A stretch of 59,005 nt of DNA from Perkinsus olseni (taxonomy: Eukaryota). Below the pieces are notes generated by a model, which saw only the letters and a program-made list of their open reading frames with translations, ran no database searches and was not told where the DNA came from. The stretch lies in NCBI GenBank assembly GCA_013115125.1, contig JABANN010000027.1:62001-121005 (forward strand), written 5' to 3'. A program made the position numbers and the translations under genes. Positions 1 through 12,649 of this stretch are shown piece after piece. Within the stretch, counting starts at the first letter, position 1. Each line of letters starts with the position of its first letter.

Positions 1-2194
1 TCAGGTATTGATGAGGTCGTGCGATACGTTAACACCTTCCGGTTCACGCAGCTCCACATCGACTACCTGCAGGTCGGCTCGCCTGTGCCTCCACCACTAC
101 CGTATGATATTTGGTCATTTTCAGAGTCAAATGCCGGAGGCCGACCCCGAATTTTTCCAGTATCTTCTAACGCTAGATGCCAGTAACCTAACCATCCATG
201 CCGTCCGAGAGGGAGATGTAATACCCCTACTGGCGGATCGGAGTCTGCGGTCCACCGTGATAAGCTCAGTTCGTCTTCCCCCGAGAACCGGTGCTCCGAG
301 TGGCTGGCCCTCTGATCGTCTGTCAGCTCATGGAGACTGCTATCCTCAACTTGGTCAACTTCCCCTGTTTAGTACGACCGACGGATCTCTCGGGAATTCG
401 CATCGCTCTTCTTCAGGTCGCTACGCAAGCGGCGCGTTTTCGAATAGCTGCCGGAGACGACGCTCAGTTGCTCGAGTTCGGCGCTCGTCGTGCTCAGGGC
501 CCCGATGGTGCGCTCACTGCTAGCCGATACGCCTACGTTGGGGGCTTCGATGGTAGGGGTACCGGAGCTATCAGAGCGTGTGGGACGGGCTGATGCTGCA
601 GGCACCTCCAACGTGAAGGCTGGCCATGTATTTGGTATACCCATTGCTGGTACCCATGCTCACGCCTTCGTCAACAGTTTCCATTCACTTGAGGACCTCG
701 ACGAGGACACGAGGATGTCCCCAGATCGTAGGGGCGAGGGACAGCCGTAGTAGTAGCTGTTCATGTGCTTGCTTTCCGTCAGCTGAATCCCTCACGGCCA
801 AGGTTAACACGCATGAGTTCGAACAGGCTTGCATCAGCGCTCGCGAGGAGCTGTGCGAGGCGATAGGCTTCCAAGTAGGAGGATGAGGTGTCAGCGAGGA
901 GGTTGACGAAGGAATCTTTAGGTCAACTGCTGCAACGATGGCGAGCTGGCGGCCTTCATTCGCTACGCCCAAGCGTTCCCTACCAACTTCCTCGCACTTG
1001 TCGACACATATGAGACCATCCTCTCCGGAGTCCCCAACTACCTCAGTGTGGCCCTCGGCCTTTGGAGGTTCGCTCAGATCCAAGCCGTCGGCATCCGCTT
1101 GGATAGTGGCGATCTCGCGTGAGTGTATTTTCGTGGCGCGGTGACGGTATGTTGTGATGCTGCCAGGTACTTGAGTATGAGAGCCCGGGAGGTGTTCTCG
1201 ACTGCTGCTGATGCTTTTGCCAACGAAGGGTTCCAGTTCATAGCAGGATGTGAGCTCACCAGTCATGAGTCTGCTTGTGTTCATACCGTTTCCCCCAGCT
1301 CGGATTGTGGCCTCCAACGACATCAATGAAGCTGTACTGCTCTCGCTTCACGACCAACCTCATTCTATCGACTCCTTCGGTATCGGGACGAATCTCGTCA
1401 CCTGCCAGGCTCAGCCGGCGCTTGGAATGGTGTAGGGAAGCAGGTGGCTCCATCGTGTGCCTTGGCAGACTTTCGCGTATCCTTAGGTACAAGCTGGTCG
1501 AACTCAATGGTCAGCCTAGGATGAAACTGTCACAGGATTTCGAGAAACAAGGCGTTCCGTCAAGGAAGGCAGTCTATCGATTGTAGCACTCCTCTGAGCC
1601 GTTAAGTCTGCACCGCACGTGCCGTTGTGGTGGTTTCCTCAGATACGGTCAGGACGGCATGGCCATCCTTGACATCATGCAGGGCGAGGAGGAGCCCGTC
1701 CCCCAGCCCAACACCAAGGTCTTCTGTCGTCATCTATTCGACGAACAGAAGAGGTACGTCTGCTTTCAACCCCCTTCGCTCCCGTAAGCTTCCGGTTTGC
1801 GACGTCAGGTGCTACGTGACGCCGAGGAAGGTTGAGCCCTTGCTGATATGCGTGTGGAAGGATGGTAGTAAAAGTCACTACTGCTGGAGCTTTCCTCCTC
1901 TCGTCACCGATGAGACTGTTCAGGCAAAGCAGTCCATCTGACATCGTCCCCTCGCACGAAGGAGAACGATCGCCCCGACATTCACAGCGCAAAGCAGCAC
2001 TTCAACGAGTCGAGAAAGACCTTCAGAAAGGACCATCTCAGGCCGACTAACCCCACGCCGTACGTCATAGGGCCTCGTGTTGTGCTGCTGGAGGGGCCGG
2101 ATCTGGCAGGTACAAGGTTAGCACTTCAGCCGAGTTCTTCGACTTCTTCCGCCGTTTCTGGCAAGAGACTGCTCCCGTGAAGGAGTTCTCGTAA
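1..2194 (+). CDS. NAPRT: Nicotinate phosphoribosyltransferase, multi-exon, 5' end outside window
   Basis: Spliced exons give [84 protein letters not shown] and YKLVE; stop TAA at 2192-2194. Confidence 0.95.
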
Positions 2195-3619
2195 AATAGA
2201 TTATTGCTACTATGGTCGTCTGCTGCTGCTGCTGCTCCTTCTGCTTCCCACACCGATGGCTACGGAACCGAAGGTGCTGATAATGTTGTTTGTAGTAATA
2301 GTAGTAATAATGATGCGATCAAGTCGCTCCCATATTCACCTCCTGCCTCCTCCCCCTAGAGAAGAGCAATGAGAGCCATTGAGCCTCCGAGACATTACAT
2401 TTCTTCATCATCATCATCGTCAGCATCGTCGCCTAATAGGGCGTGTTGTTACTCCAGTATTCATACTCGCGTCAGTGTCTCGCGTCAGCAAGTTAATCAA
2501 GGCTACTAATCATTGATTAATCCCCATCATCACCACGGTCAAACTCTTGACGGCTGGGTAAATCTTCAGGGTTCAAATATTTGCAAAATCGTAGTACGCT
2601 GCCCTCACACCTGCTCAACTCGAGAACTTGGACTGGGTGTTTCAGGCCAATCAAAAATTCCAGTGTTCCGGTACCAGATTGGTTGGGAAATCGATTAGTC
2701 GGGCGAGCGCTAAATGGTCGAACGCGTGCGCATGATCGGTTGATCCTCCTTCCCATACAACCCTTGCCTTGCTGCGTCGTTATCATGCTGTCGCGGCCGA
2801 AGGCTACTCCAGCTGTTATAGGAATATCATCAACTTATTATTGGGAACGTCAGCGAGAACTGAGGGATCTACTGGGAGAGGGGACCGATTATACTGAGTA
2901 GTACTGGCAGGGTGTAGCGGCTTCGTGGGTCTGTCGTCTTCACTGTTTACGCTCAATAGTTGCTCGCTGGGGAATCTCGTTTATATCGAATAATTTGGTA
3001 TCACTATGTGCGGCACGTGTGGACGCGTACTACCACACCCATAGCAAGTTTTACTTTGCTTCGGCAGGGGACAACCCGATCCGACGCGCCGCTTTTGTCG
3101 TCGGCGAAATGCGTGGAGAATACAGCCGTTAGATTGAACGGTATTGCCTCAGGACGGTCTTAAGTCGGAGGGATCATGGCGGTCTTCGATTGAGGAATCT
3201 TTGGCTTGACGACGAGGATGGTAAGATGAGTACGATCAGAATAGTCCGACCACATCGTGTAGTTTTTTGGAGAGAAATTTCCGTAAAATTCCTCTTGGCT
3301 TCGAGAAAACGAGAAAAATCTCGCTTGTCGCAGTTCAGTGTCGATGTGAGGTACGACGATATTTTTTCTACACTGAGGACGAACAGGAATCGTTCAGATC
3401 GTTTGTTCTTCAGAGGGATCTGGTTCGTTCGACTGCTGCTGCGCCGATGGTAAAGACGGTGGATGCTTGTCTCTCACTCTGGAAAAGACGTGAAAAGCGT
3501 TATCGAGCTGCGCGGTGTGGTGACGTCCTTTCAGGCCGTCTACAGTGGCGTCGTCGCCTTTTACCCCGAATCGTGTAACGGCGAGGTTCCTACTAAGGCC
3601 GACGGTTCGATTTGAACCA

Positions 3620-4340
3620 ATGGTCCAAGTTCGCTTCTGTGACCGTCCAGAGACCCATTCTGAAGACCAGGAGAATTCTACGGCAACTCCTCATTCACCC
3701 CTCCCGAGTTCCGACCCCGAAGGCACTGCGGAGCTCCCGCTAGTCGGAGACGACTCCGATCATCGCAAGTGCGTGCCTTCTGAGACTGCCGAGCGTCTGC
3801 GCCCTTCCATTCCTGACTGGCAGGGCATCGTGCTCGAAACAGGTGGGTTGGATTAGGGCAAATCTCGCTGGACTTTCCGTCTTCGTTAGAGAGTGTGGTA
3901 AAGGATTTTGACGGCCATTCTGCCCTACGGGAAAAGGCGTATTCTTCATCCGATGATCTCAAGTCGATGGCCCATCTCATGGGCGTCGAACCGTCGAGGC
4001 CGCGGTACGGACGGGACAGGTGAGCGCTCGTTGGTGGTGCAGCTGGCGTTGAGTTCAACAGCAGGTCGGTGACGGTGTGCGACTTGGAAGAGTATATGGA
4101 AAGTCTGCGGTCACCTAGGCGAGGCTCGGCAACATCCCGCATTTCTCGCGGACGAGACTCCCCATTGTGTGGGTAAGTGGTGTTGCTGTAGGGTCATTCT
4201 CTGTTGTTCTGTGTATTGCTGTCTCCTGCAGGGAACGGTCAAAGTTAGACGACGATGACGACTACGACGATTCTGATTCTGAAGAGAACATTCTGGCGAG
4301 AATGGAAGCTATGGGGTGTGATATGGATCTGGAAAATTAG
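3620..4340 (+). CDS. Hypothetical protein, probably spliced; boundaries uncertain
   Basis: ORF MVQVRFCDRPETHSEDQ... followed by GT-AG-bounded segments ending in an acidic tail (DDDDDYDDSDSEENILARMEAMGCDMDLEN*). No family motif seen. Confidence 0.35.
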
Positions 4341-7120
4341 TTGTGGAGCGTAGTGGTGATGATGATGAATATGGAGATGGATACACTCAGACAGTGTCTC
4401 TTCAATTTTGCCAACTAATTGACTAATTACCGAGTATTTAGTTTACCCTTTTTGACGTCTCTAGCAACAGTCGAAGCTCAGCGGCAATCGACGGTGGTGT
4501 TGCTTCTGCTCTCCACGTGGAGTAACACCATCATATCGCAAGAAGCGCGAGAAGTACAGAAAGCGCTCGTCGCTCTCGTGTCTTCAGCTGATGCCCCTAT
4601 CCAGTGTATAACCGACACAGCTGCTGCTGTTGCCGAACATACTATAACCGCGTAGTGCCGTTTTCCATTCGGTGCCACGCTGTGGCTTCATCTATGCTGC
4701 TGCATCATTATTGCGTCGTCATCATCGTGGTCGTCGTCGTTTGTCATCTACAGCGTTTCCTAGGCTATTATTATCATAACAACAATCATGAGTGGATGTA
4801 GGCTTATGGCCACCTGTCGATTAGTGGTAGCGTATATAGGTTTGTCTCATCCTGCCTGCCGCTTTTACCACACGTTTTTTCTCAAGATTTCCGAGTCTCC
4901 GAATTCTCATCTATCTCTGTCATAAGCCGAGGGGCTTTCAAGTGAGTGCGCTCGAACGGTTGCAATTTCTGTGACTGAGACATTTCCCTTGTATACCGTC
5001 GTCGACGCCGCCAGGCCGTTGATTCTGCCCCCTGAAGCGTCAGTTGTCGCTAGTGCTGATGATACCGTTGTCAGTGTTGATGACGGAACAGGAAAAGGAG
5101 TAGGAGCTCCATTGTTGCCTCACATAAACTGGTTCGGTATCATTACCAAGTGTCATATAATCATTGCAGTTCCATTCATACTACTGCACCGGCTCCGTCA
5201 CGTACCCTTATGATAGTAGGAGGCTCTCATTAACGCCGAAACGAAGTATACACCAGTTGCCGCTGCCTTCCCGGAGTCTGCCGCCACGATGGTGCATGGT
5301 AGCTCGTCGGCGCTTTAGTGAAGGAGAAGCTGTACGCTAGGGTACGAGACTTCGTATTGTATTTGTAATATTTTCTCGTGGGTCACGTATTTCTCTTAGT
5401 GATCCAAGTATTAGTCATCAATTATCTGTCAGTCATTTCCTCGTTGTCCGTCCGAGCTGTCACTCACGTTTGTCGATCGGCTATTGTCTTTTCTGTTTTC
5501 GATTTCTGGAGGTGGGCGATCTCAGACGCGAAGCATGAGTCATGCAAGTCCAAGTAGTTTGCCGAGGTGATTTTTTATAACCCTGCTTTGCCCACTGTGG
5601 CAGTTGTAGTTGGTCGTCCATAGCCAAGTGGAGGGAATGTTACTGTCGTCTTCGTCACGAACACAACCGTACATCTGCTCCCACAATTATCTATTTTCGG
5701 AAGGTTGGCGATATCTACACAGTGGTGTTGTAGTTAGGCAGGTGAACGAGCAGAGTGAAGAGGCGTGCTTTATCTGGAAGGCCAGTGGCTGGCTTCCAGT
5801 CGGATTGTGATGATCATCTTGTACTCTTGCATCTCACTCCGTCTTCGATTCTTCCACGAGTGTCGTCAGTGTAATCGTTATTCCCGGGGCCTGTCCCAAG
5901 CGAGTCTCTCACGAACAGGAGATTCGGTCATCATGTGTGTGTTGAGTTGATTATACTGGGTTCATGGGGAGGTGGTCCTGAGAACTGTCATAATTTTCTG
6001 TGTTGCATCATCACGCGGAGATCATCGGGCCTGCTCTGGCCGTAGTCACCGTCCACAGTCTGCTGGATCTGATTGAAATGGCCGTCAAACCGTGCGCGTC
6101 CTTGTCGTCTTATTTCGACCGTCAGCGCTTACTCACAGAAGCGAGAGACGGGCGACAGCGGCCTGTGGTGGACGAGGGACTACCTCCTGGCTATGAGTAA
6201 CACCAGCTTTCCGATAACCGAGCGCTAATCGGACTGCGGTAGTCTTGGTGGGCCCACATCATTGATCCAGGTATCGTGAATGCCCCGTGGCGAACGGTGC
6301 AACGGTGATTTATCACCGCTCGACCCAGGTCGTAGTGTCGCCCAGCGTGCGACGACTGGGGCGAAGCCACAATGGCAAGTACACTTACCTCTTCATGTGA
6401 GCTCGAACAGTGATCTTTCAAATGGATGGTGTAGTCCAGGTACGCTGATGCCAACCTGTTTCGGGAAGTGAGTGGGACAGGAAGTGTTTTCGAGTTGTGG
6501 GCTCTCATAGGTGCTCAGTGCACTGATCCCCACTTACGGTAGGAGTTCCAAAATAGGATTGGTGCGTCTCAGGGTAGCCTTGGCAGGTGCACGGCAACTC
6601 AGTTTAGCTCGCCCCCTTCCGGGCTTGTCAGATTGACGACACGAGAGCCCGCTCACTTTGCTATCGCTAACAAAAAGACCAAGTTCCTCTCAGGTGAAAA
6701 AGATTCTTCTGTTCCGAAAATGCCCCACCTAACAATTTGTTCGTGTTGCCAGGCTCACTTTTAAGGGCAAAAGCGAGCATACTCCAGGCGAGTTATTACG
6801 ACCCGTCGGACTACCAATTCTCGAGGACAGGGACGCCATGCGACTTCTGTGTGCCATTGCGAGCACCAAGTGAATGGATGTATGGTTGCTGCGGTGCGCT
6901 TGACGCTAAAACGATCGCCCCTATTCGACGACTCTCGCACTTCCGAGCGACACCACTTAATTTGGTTGGTATAGCCGACTTCTTGAGTTGCGGTCTGTTG
7001 GTGTGTATCGGACTGGAGTTACACGCGTACACAACGCTGATAGGAGTATACCTCACATTAAGAACAAGCCTGAACAACACTTCAAGCTCACGAGTCGTGC
7101 ATCATCTGGTTGTCCTCAGA

Positions 7121-8652
7121 ATGGATTTACCCGCTAGCGATGTACATACTGATCGTGTAGCGATGATTAAACCCGACAGCAGCATCGAGGGCGATTCTGA
7201 CAGCGTCACAACCACCTTCTCAGCTATTTACAATGCATCTAAGAAGGGCGCCGTCGATGAGGTAACAAACGAGTATACCTCGCCGGTGCGTGTCCCCCAT
7301 TTGAGAGACTTCTCAATTCGCGTTACTCCTTCACAAAAACTCGACATTTTAACCGTCTAAAAATGAACAATAACCTAAATTGCTTTGATGAGAGTTGCAC
7401 CATAGCCCACATTATAGAATAATCACAATGAGCAGGGACGCTACCGAAAAATCTGTTATAATTAACCGCTCAGTATTACCATCACCCAATACTCCTCGTA
7501 AGGAGTTGAACTCATCGAAGTCGCACACCCATGTTAATGGAGTGGACTAAACCTCCGAGTGGATGTGGTATATACGTCATCATCACGGTTTAGGGTTTTG
7601 TCAAGAGTACTCTTGTGAATGAAAGGAAATCACTACATAAGTGATCCTGTTCGAGTACAGTCGACAGGGGTTTGTGACGCCTCAGCGCCTGACTGTGTTT
7701 GGATGTGGTAGAGGATTGGTATGATACACAGTATTTGTCCCTCTTCCATTTGGAGGAATCTGAGACAGAAGTTGTGCAGCGCAAATTTTTTTCTCAGGTA
7801 CGCAAGATTCTTGACGCAAAGGCTGACCCGAACGCTCAAGATCGCACTGGCCAACGCCCATTGCTAGTGGCGGCCGCCGGGGGACACTCTGACGTATGCC
7901 GGATCCTGATAGAGAGGAAGGCTGACGTAAGTCTTTCCTGGTCTTTTCTCTCAATGCCTAAGTACAGTGAAAAACTCTTCTTGTGGCATCGATTATATAC
8001 ATGGACTTGGCGATTTTCGAGCTTTACTTGCGTACGCGAATAAACGGACCAATTTTAACCACTGTGCGAAAATGAAACTTTCTGTGTAAAACCGCCCGTA
8101 CCCCCCATCCTCGTCGTCCAATCAGCCTGTGGTACTCAGTGCTCCTCGCTAGGTGGCGGCCGTGAACTCACTTGGCGCCCCCGCGTTGGCGCTTGCTACT
8201 AACGGCGGCCATGTGCGAGCCTTCCAGACCTTGCTGAGGTACTGTTGCCTGGTCCTCTTCCTGCACTGTTGTTCCAGCGGGACATCAGGTCCGGAGCAGA
8301 TGTGAACTGTAGGGATATCTGGCTGGACACCCCCTTAATAGCGGCCTGCCGAAGAGGTCACCCTTTGCCGTTTCTCGCACTTCTTGTGGACTCCGGGGCT
8401 GACATTACGCTCAGAAATAGGTCAGTTCAGATCGCCCTGCGATAGGAGCGTGGTCCTTGCCAAGGACTTCAACTTGATGCTTGCAGGTACGGCGAAACTG
8501 CTATCGACGTAGCGCGGAAGGCTGGCGATGTGCATGCGTGCAAATTCCTGTCGTCCATGGTGTCTGATGATAGCATCACCGATCGTGATACTGTGCCATA
8601 CGTCAGCAACCGTCACGTGTGTTCAGTGATGAAGGGCATGATGTTCGCCTAG
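7121..8652 (+). CDS. Ankyrin-repeat protein (5 exons)
   Basis: Exons join to ...AIYNASKKGAVDE|VRKILDAKADPNAQDRTGQRPLLVAAAGGHSDVCRILIERKAD|...GADVNCRDIWLDTPLIAACRRGH...GETAIDVA; canonical ankyrin repeats. Confidence 0.85.
7464..7665 (-). ncRNA. U3: U3 snoRNA, copy 1 (antisense within intron 1 of the ankyrin gene)
   Basis: Minus strand begins GUCGACUGUACUCGAACAGGAUCA (GAC box, box A', box A; complementary to the conserved 18S 5' UGAUCCUG). Box C' UGAUGA, box C CGAUGA, box D CUGA, terminal stem AACCG/CGGUU; ~200 nt. Confidence 0.9.
7702..7723 (-). promoter_or_regulatory. Candidate upstream (PSE/USE-like) element of U3 copy 1
   Basis: CATACCAATCCTCTACCACATC at about -37 to -58; a similar motif lies at nearly the same distance upstream of copy 2. 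Confidence 0.5.
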
Positions 8653-8703
8653 TTATCGAGCTGTCCTAATACCAGCCCTTGCGTTCCTGAGTTGAGACAA
8701 TTC

Positions 8704-10196
8704 ATGAGTGAACTCTCGCGTGGTCCTTCCTTTAATGCTGTCGTCCACAGCCGCCTCGAAGGCTCCGGATGCTTTGCTAGAGAGGGCCGAACTCGCTGTG
8801 AGAGCATCATTTCATCCATGCTGTGACCTTCTCAGTTTGTAGGTATACTTTGCCAAGGAGGCTCTTAGAGAGCTTGAGTTCATCAAAAATGGGTACGAGT
8901 GCTCCCCCCTGCTTTCCTCTTACTGCAGGCCGCCTCGCATCAGTCTGAATGACCTCTCCCCGCTTTCGGAGTGTCCCCATGTCGTTCTGTTCTCTCCGAA
9001 TCGCTCTAGTGTCGATCAGTTTAAAATCGGACGTACAAGTCAGCAAGGTGCCAGCAGCACGTACAGAGGAGCCAGCCTACAGTGGACCACCACTGGATGC
9101 ATCCCTGAGGTCAATGTCGACAGGGTAGGCAACATACAGCCCAGGCTAGCGGGATTCTATCCCTCAGTATACCGTCCGCGCGCCAATCGACGACTCCCGT
9201 GGCTCAACGCTGGTCTTATGAGGGGGTGGGCAATCGAGTTCGACGTCCTCAGTTTCATAGCTGTCACGTCGTCTCTCGCGGCAGCCTACTTCAAAAGCAT
9301 CCTCTAAGGGTACTCCCGCAGAGGGTTTGCTGCGACGAGGTGGGCAAGAGTGGGCATTCAGACCTCTCCAGCTCGACCAAGGAAGGCTCCTCAACTTGAT
9401 CCTGACGAGTCCGTAATTGTCGGATTGTCCACGGGGCAGTTGGAGCCGAGAGAATGCATATTCGTAGACAGCAGAGGCGAAGTGAGGGTGTTTATGATGC
9501 GGCGAAGTGGTCATCCTCCCTTCCCTCAGCTCGGGAGCTTCTGCTGCACGGCGCGGCCCGCTTGGCCGGTAGGGGCGGTGCTACTGAGATCGGATGATGA
9601 GTAGTCGTACTTGTACTCGCTCGCTATGTGACCCACCTTCTAGGTCGTCACTCCCTATGGTGGGCCCTATCGGGTTCGATAGGGATGAGCTGTATGCCAT
9701 GCTGAGGTCACATTGTCCGGCCATCACTGCCACCAGCCGGGAGAGGTCCAGCGGGTCACCCATACGCGGAGATGAGCCCCCGTTCCTTCTCAGGGCCCCC
9801 GCTCCTACACGGTACCATCTAGTGCTGGGTGAGGTCGTCCGTATCAAGGATATCAGCGAATACATGGATGATGCCGTCCGCCTCGACATCAGGGTAGGCC
9901 CGACCCCGATGGGGATTACCGACGTGAAGGCAGAGGTGAGAATGCCCACTCCCCGGCGACCACCTCGTCCATCGCTCGTTGCTGCCTAGGCGTCCACAGA
10001 GGAGCTCGCAGGGACAGTTGAATCCCTGCTACATCGCCAGGACACTATCATGTTATTACAGCGAGAAGACAGCGGAACTCAGGATAGCTTCCACCTATTG
10101 CAGTGGTTGCTCAAGCCAGAGGAGGAGAGCACAGTAGACGCCGATAGACCGGCTTTCGACCCGACCTGTTTCGTATCTTCCCTATCCGAGCTGTAA
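8704..10196 (+). CDS. Hypothetical multi-exon protein; start uncertain
   Basis: Series of GT-AG-bounded coding segments (e.g. SSLPMVGPIGFDRDELYAMLRSHCP...) ending CFVSSLSEL* (TAA 10194-10196). Confidence 0.5.
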
Positions 10197-10374
10197 GATT
10201 CCCGACTCGTCAAAGTTGACTCCGTGTCTTTCTTACCCTACTGCATAATGCCGCTTTCTGCGCCACCATCCGTTTCACCCGCCCTTCCTGCCTCGTGCCG
10301 TCGGGGAGCCTTATGCCGAGGCTGGCTCGCCAAATCCACCCGTACTCGCTCAGATTTCGCTCCTCTATTTTCAA

Positions 10375-12222
10375 ATGCCACATGCAGTACTCCTGCTGCT
10401 GCTGGGAGCCACCCTGACCGTCCAGGCCCAGGTGGCAGTTAATTACGGTAATATTGGTGACTACGGAGAAGCCGTGGCGAAGGCCGCCCTGGGAGGCGGT
10501 CACTTCATCGTCGAAGGGCTCCCCGCTGAGTTCTTGGAGGCAAGAGCTCGGTTATCACAGGACTTACTCAGTAAGTGCAGCGAGGCAGTCTTTGGGTTCC
10601 ATGACGAGACGAAGCGTACATTGGCGCTGTATGCGGGAGAGGTATCGCAAGTGCCGAGCTGCTTGCACCTGAACGATCTCCGGACTGTGGATGCTTTGAT
10701 ACGGGAGGTGAGCTCTCCATGGAGCGCACCTATGCCATGCATCGCCATGGCAGGTATCACAGAGCTTGGCTGGGCTACTGGATAAAACCATTTTCAAGCT
10801 GAGTGCGGACATGTCCGTGACGCTGGAAGGAGGCCAACAACTGCAGAGTCTATCGGAAGTGATATCAGTGGACGGTGGCAGACATCATCTGGACCATTGG
10901 AATGTATACACTATCCCTAATGATACAACTGCGTTGAGGAATCGCCAAGATGAGCAAGATGAGCAAGTGGAGATGCATGCCGACATGGGACTCTTTCTAA
11001 TCCTATCTCTACCTCCAGGTAAGCTACAGACATCTCTGAAGGATTGAGCTGATCATCGCAGATGACAAAAGTCTTCACTTCGAGGAAGGGGCGGTATCTA
11101 TTCCGGACGATGGCGATGCTCTAGTGGTCATCTTTGGCGAGGCCCTACGGGCCTGGCTCGCTCCTGGCGTCCACACTGTTGCAGCTCGCCACAGAGTAAG
11201 CCGAGGCGCTAGGTCCCGATCTAAGTGCCCACCGATCAGGTCATGATACCATCGTCAAGTGAGAGTGAGCCCAGGGTGGTCTTCGGTCGCATGATGATGG
11301 CGCCTCCTACGGCCCTCAACGCCGCAGGGGAGTCCTATCAGCAGTTCTTCATGGCCCCTCAAGCTTTTCAATCGAGGAGGATGCTCAGCCAATGCGCAGC
11401 AGGACAGGTATATCCACTGGACCTCCGAGTGGTTTCCAGGGTACCCCCTCCCTCAGGTCTACTGCTGGCTCCGGTGTATGACACCGCCAGAAGGGTGTCC
11501 TGCTGAGAACGCGGTGTGTTGGGATTTCCGAAAGATGGACCTCTGCGACATGACCCCGGGCAAAATGCAGCCGAACTGTGCACTCAAGTAGACCGATCAT
11601 TGTACCGCTCCTACAGCTGGCGCTCCTGGCGTCTCAGGTGTCCAGCAGGGGTTACATCTGCCGAAGGCCTCACAGAGGACGAACCCTTCTGTGAGAGCTC
11701 CACCAACATGATCATGTCAGGCTTCCAGTAAGTCTCCGCATCATCCCGTCTCCGAGGGCTCATGCCTTGGATAGGTTCCTCTGGTCCAGAAATCGCCAGT
11801 GCATCATCCTCTTCTTCCCTGGCATTGTCCTGGATACCCCGTCCAAGTTCTTCCTGGGTGTAGTAGCAGTCTTCTTTCTCGGACTCGTAGCGGAGGCAAC
11901 GATGCGGCTGAGGAAGAGGGTGGAGTGTGCTTTGGGTGATACCACCGCTCCCTACCGCTTGCCATCCCGTCTCTTAGGCGCCGCCCGATCGTCTGTGCGA
12001 GGGAAACTAACTCTAATAGGTCTCTTCTCCATCAACCTCATACTGGCGTACATGGCAATGCTCGTAGCGATGACCTACTCTGGCGAGTTATTTCTCACGG
12101 TAGTGCTGCTGTGCTCCGGCTTCCTCGGGTCGCTGGCTCTATCCATCAGCTTGCAGGTAATCCTTGGCGTAGCGGTCGGACGGATACTCCTGGCAGGCGA
12201 CGAACGAGGAGATTATCGGTAA
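10375..12222 (+). CDS. Ctr (SLC31) copper transporter with N-terminal signal peptide, 2OG-Fe(II) oxygenase-like domain and Cys-rich linker
   Basis: C-terminal TMs with the Ctr signature LAYMAMLVAMTY (MxxxM), GxxxG in TM3 and upstream NMIMSGF. N-terminus has a hydrophobic leader, MHADMG, VVIFGE, ARHRV and RVVFGR. Confidence 0.8.
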
Positions 12223-12387
12223 TAGCGGAGTTGTTATCAACTCCGAGTGGGAGTAACTCGACTGTCTTCACGGTAACGCTGTTTTTGAACCATCATACTG
12301 CCGTGGTTCGAAATTTCGTCATATAAGAATTGCCAACTTCAGCTTGCGAACGTGATAAGATGAATTGAAAAGCTTTTATTGAATGTT

Positions 12388-12589
12388 AACCGCTCAGTAT
12401 TACCATCACCCAACGCTCCTCGCAAGGAGATGAACTCATCGAAGTCGCACTACCATGTTAATGGGGTGGACTAAACCTCCGAGCGGATGTGGTATATATG
12501 TCATCATCACGGTTTAGGGTTTTGTCAAGAGTACTCTTGTGAACGAAAGGAAATCACTACATAAGTGATCCTGTTCGAGTACAGTCGAC
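12388..12589 (-). ncRNA. U3: U3 snoRNA, copy 2 (intergenic)
   Basis: Near-identical (about ten differences) to 7464-7665; all boxes retained. Confidence 0.9.
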
Positions 12590-12627
12590 AATCTTTATAA
12601 TCAACACACAAGGCGTGGAAGAATGGT

Positions 12628-12649
12628 GATTTGTAGAAAATTTGGTATG
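12628..12649 (-). promoter_or_regulatory. Candidate upstream element of U3 copy 2
   Basis: CATACCAAATTTTCTACAAATC at about -39 to -60, matching the copy 1 motif while other flanking sequence is unrelated. Confidence 0.5.

Noticed and set aside
2215-2430. (TGC)n and (TCA)n short repeats
   Set aside because: Ordinary microsatellites in a probable 3' UTR.
6737-7120. 5' extension of the 207-aa ORF upstream of the ankyrin ATG
   Set aside because: No protein-like signal; the acceptor-like site just before ATG 7121 favours that start.
7464-12589. 200-bp direct repeats read as LTRs or transposon ends flanking 4.7 kb
   Set aside because: The repeats are explained as U3 snoRNA; the enclosed genes are cellular and no transposase or RT is present.
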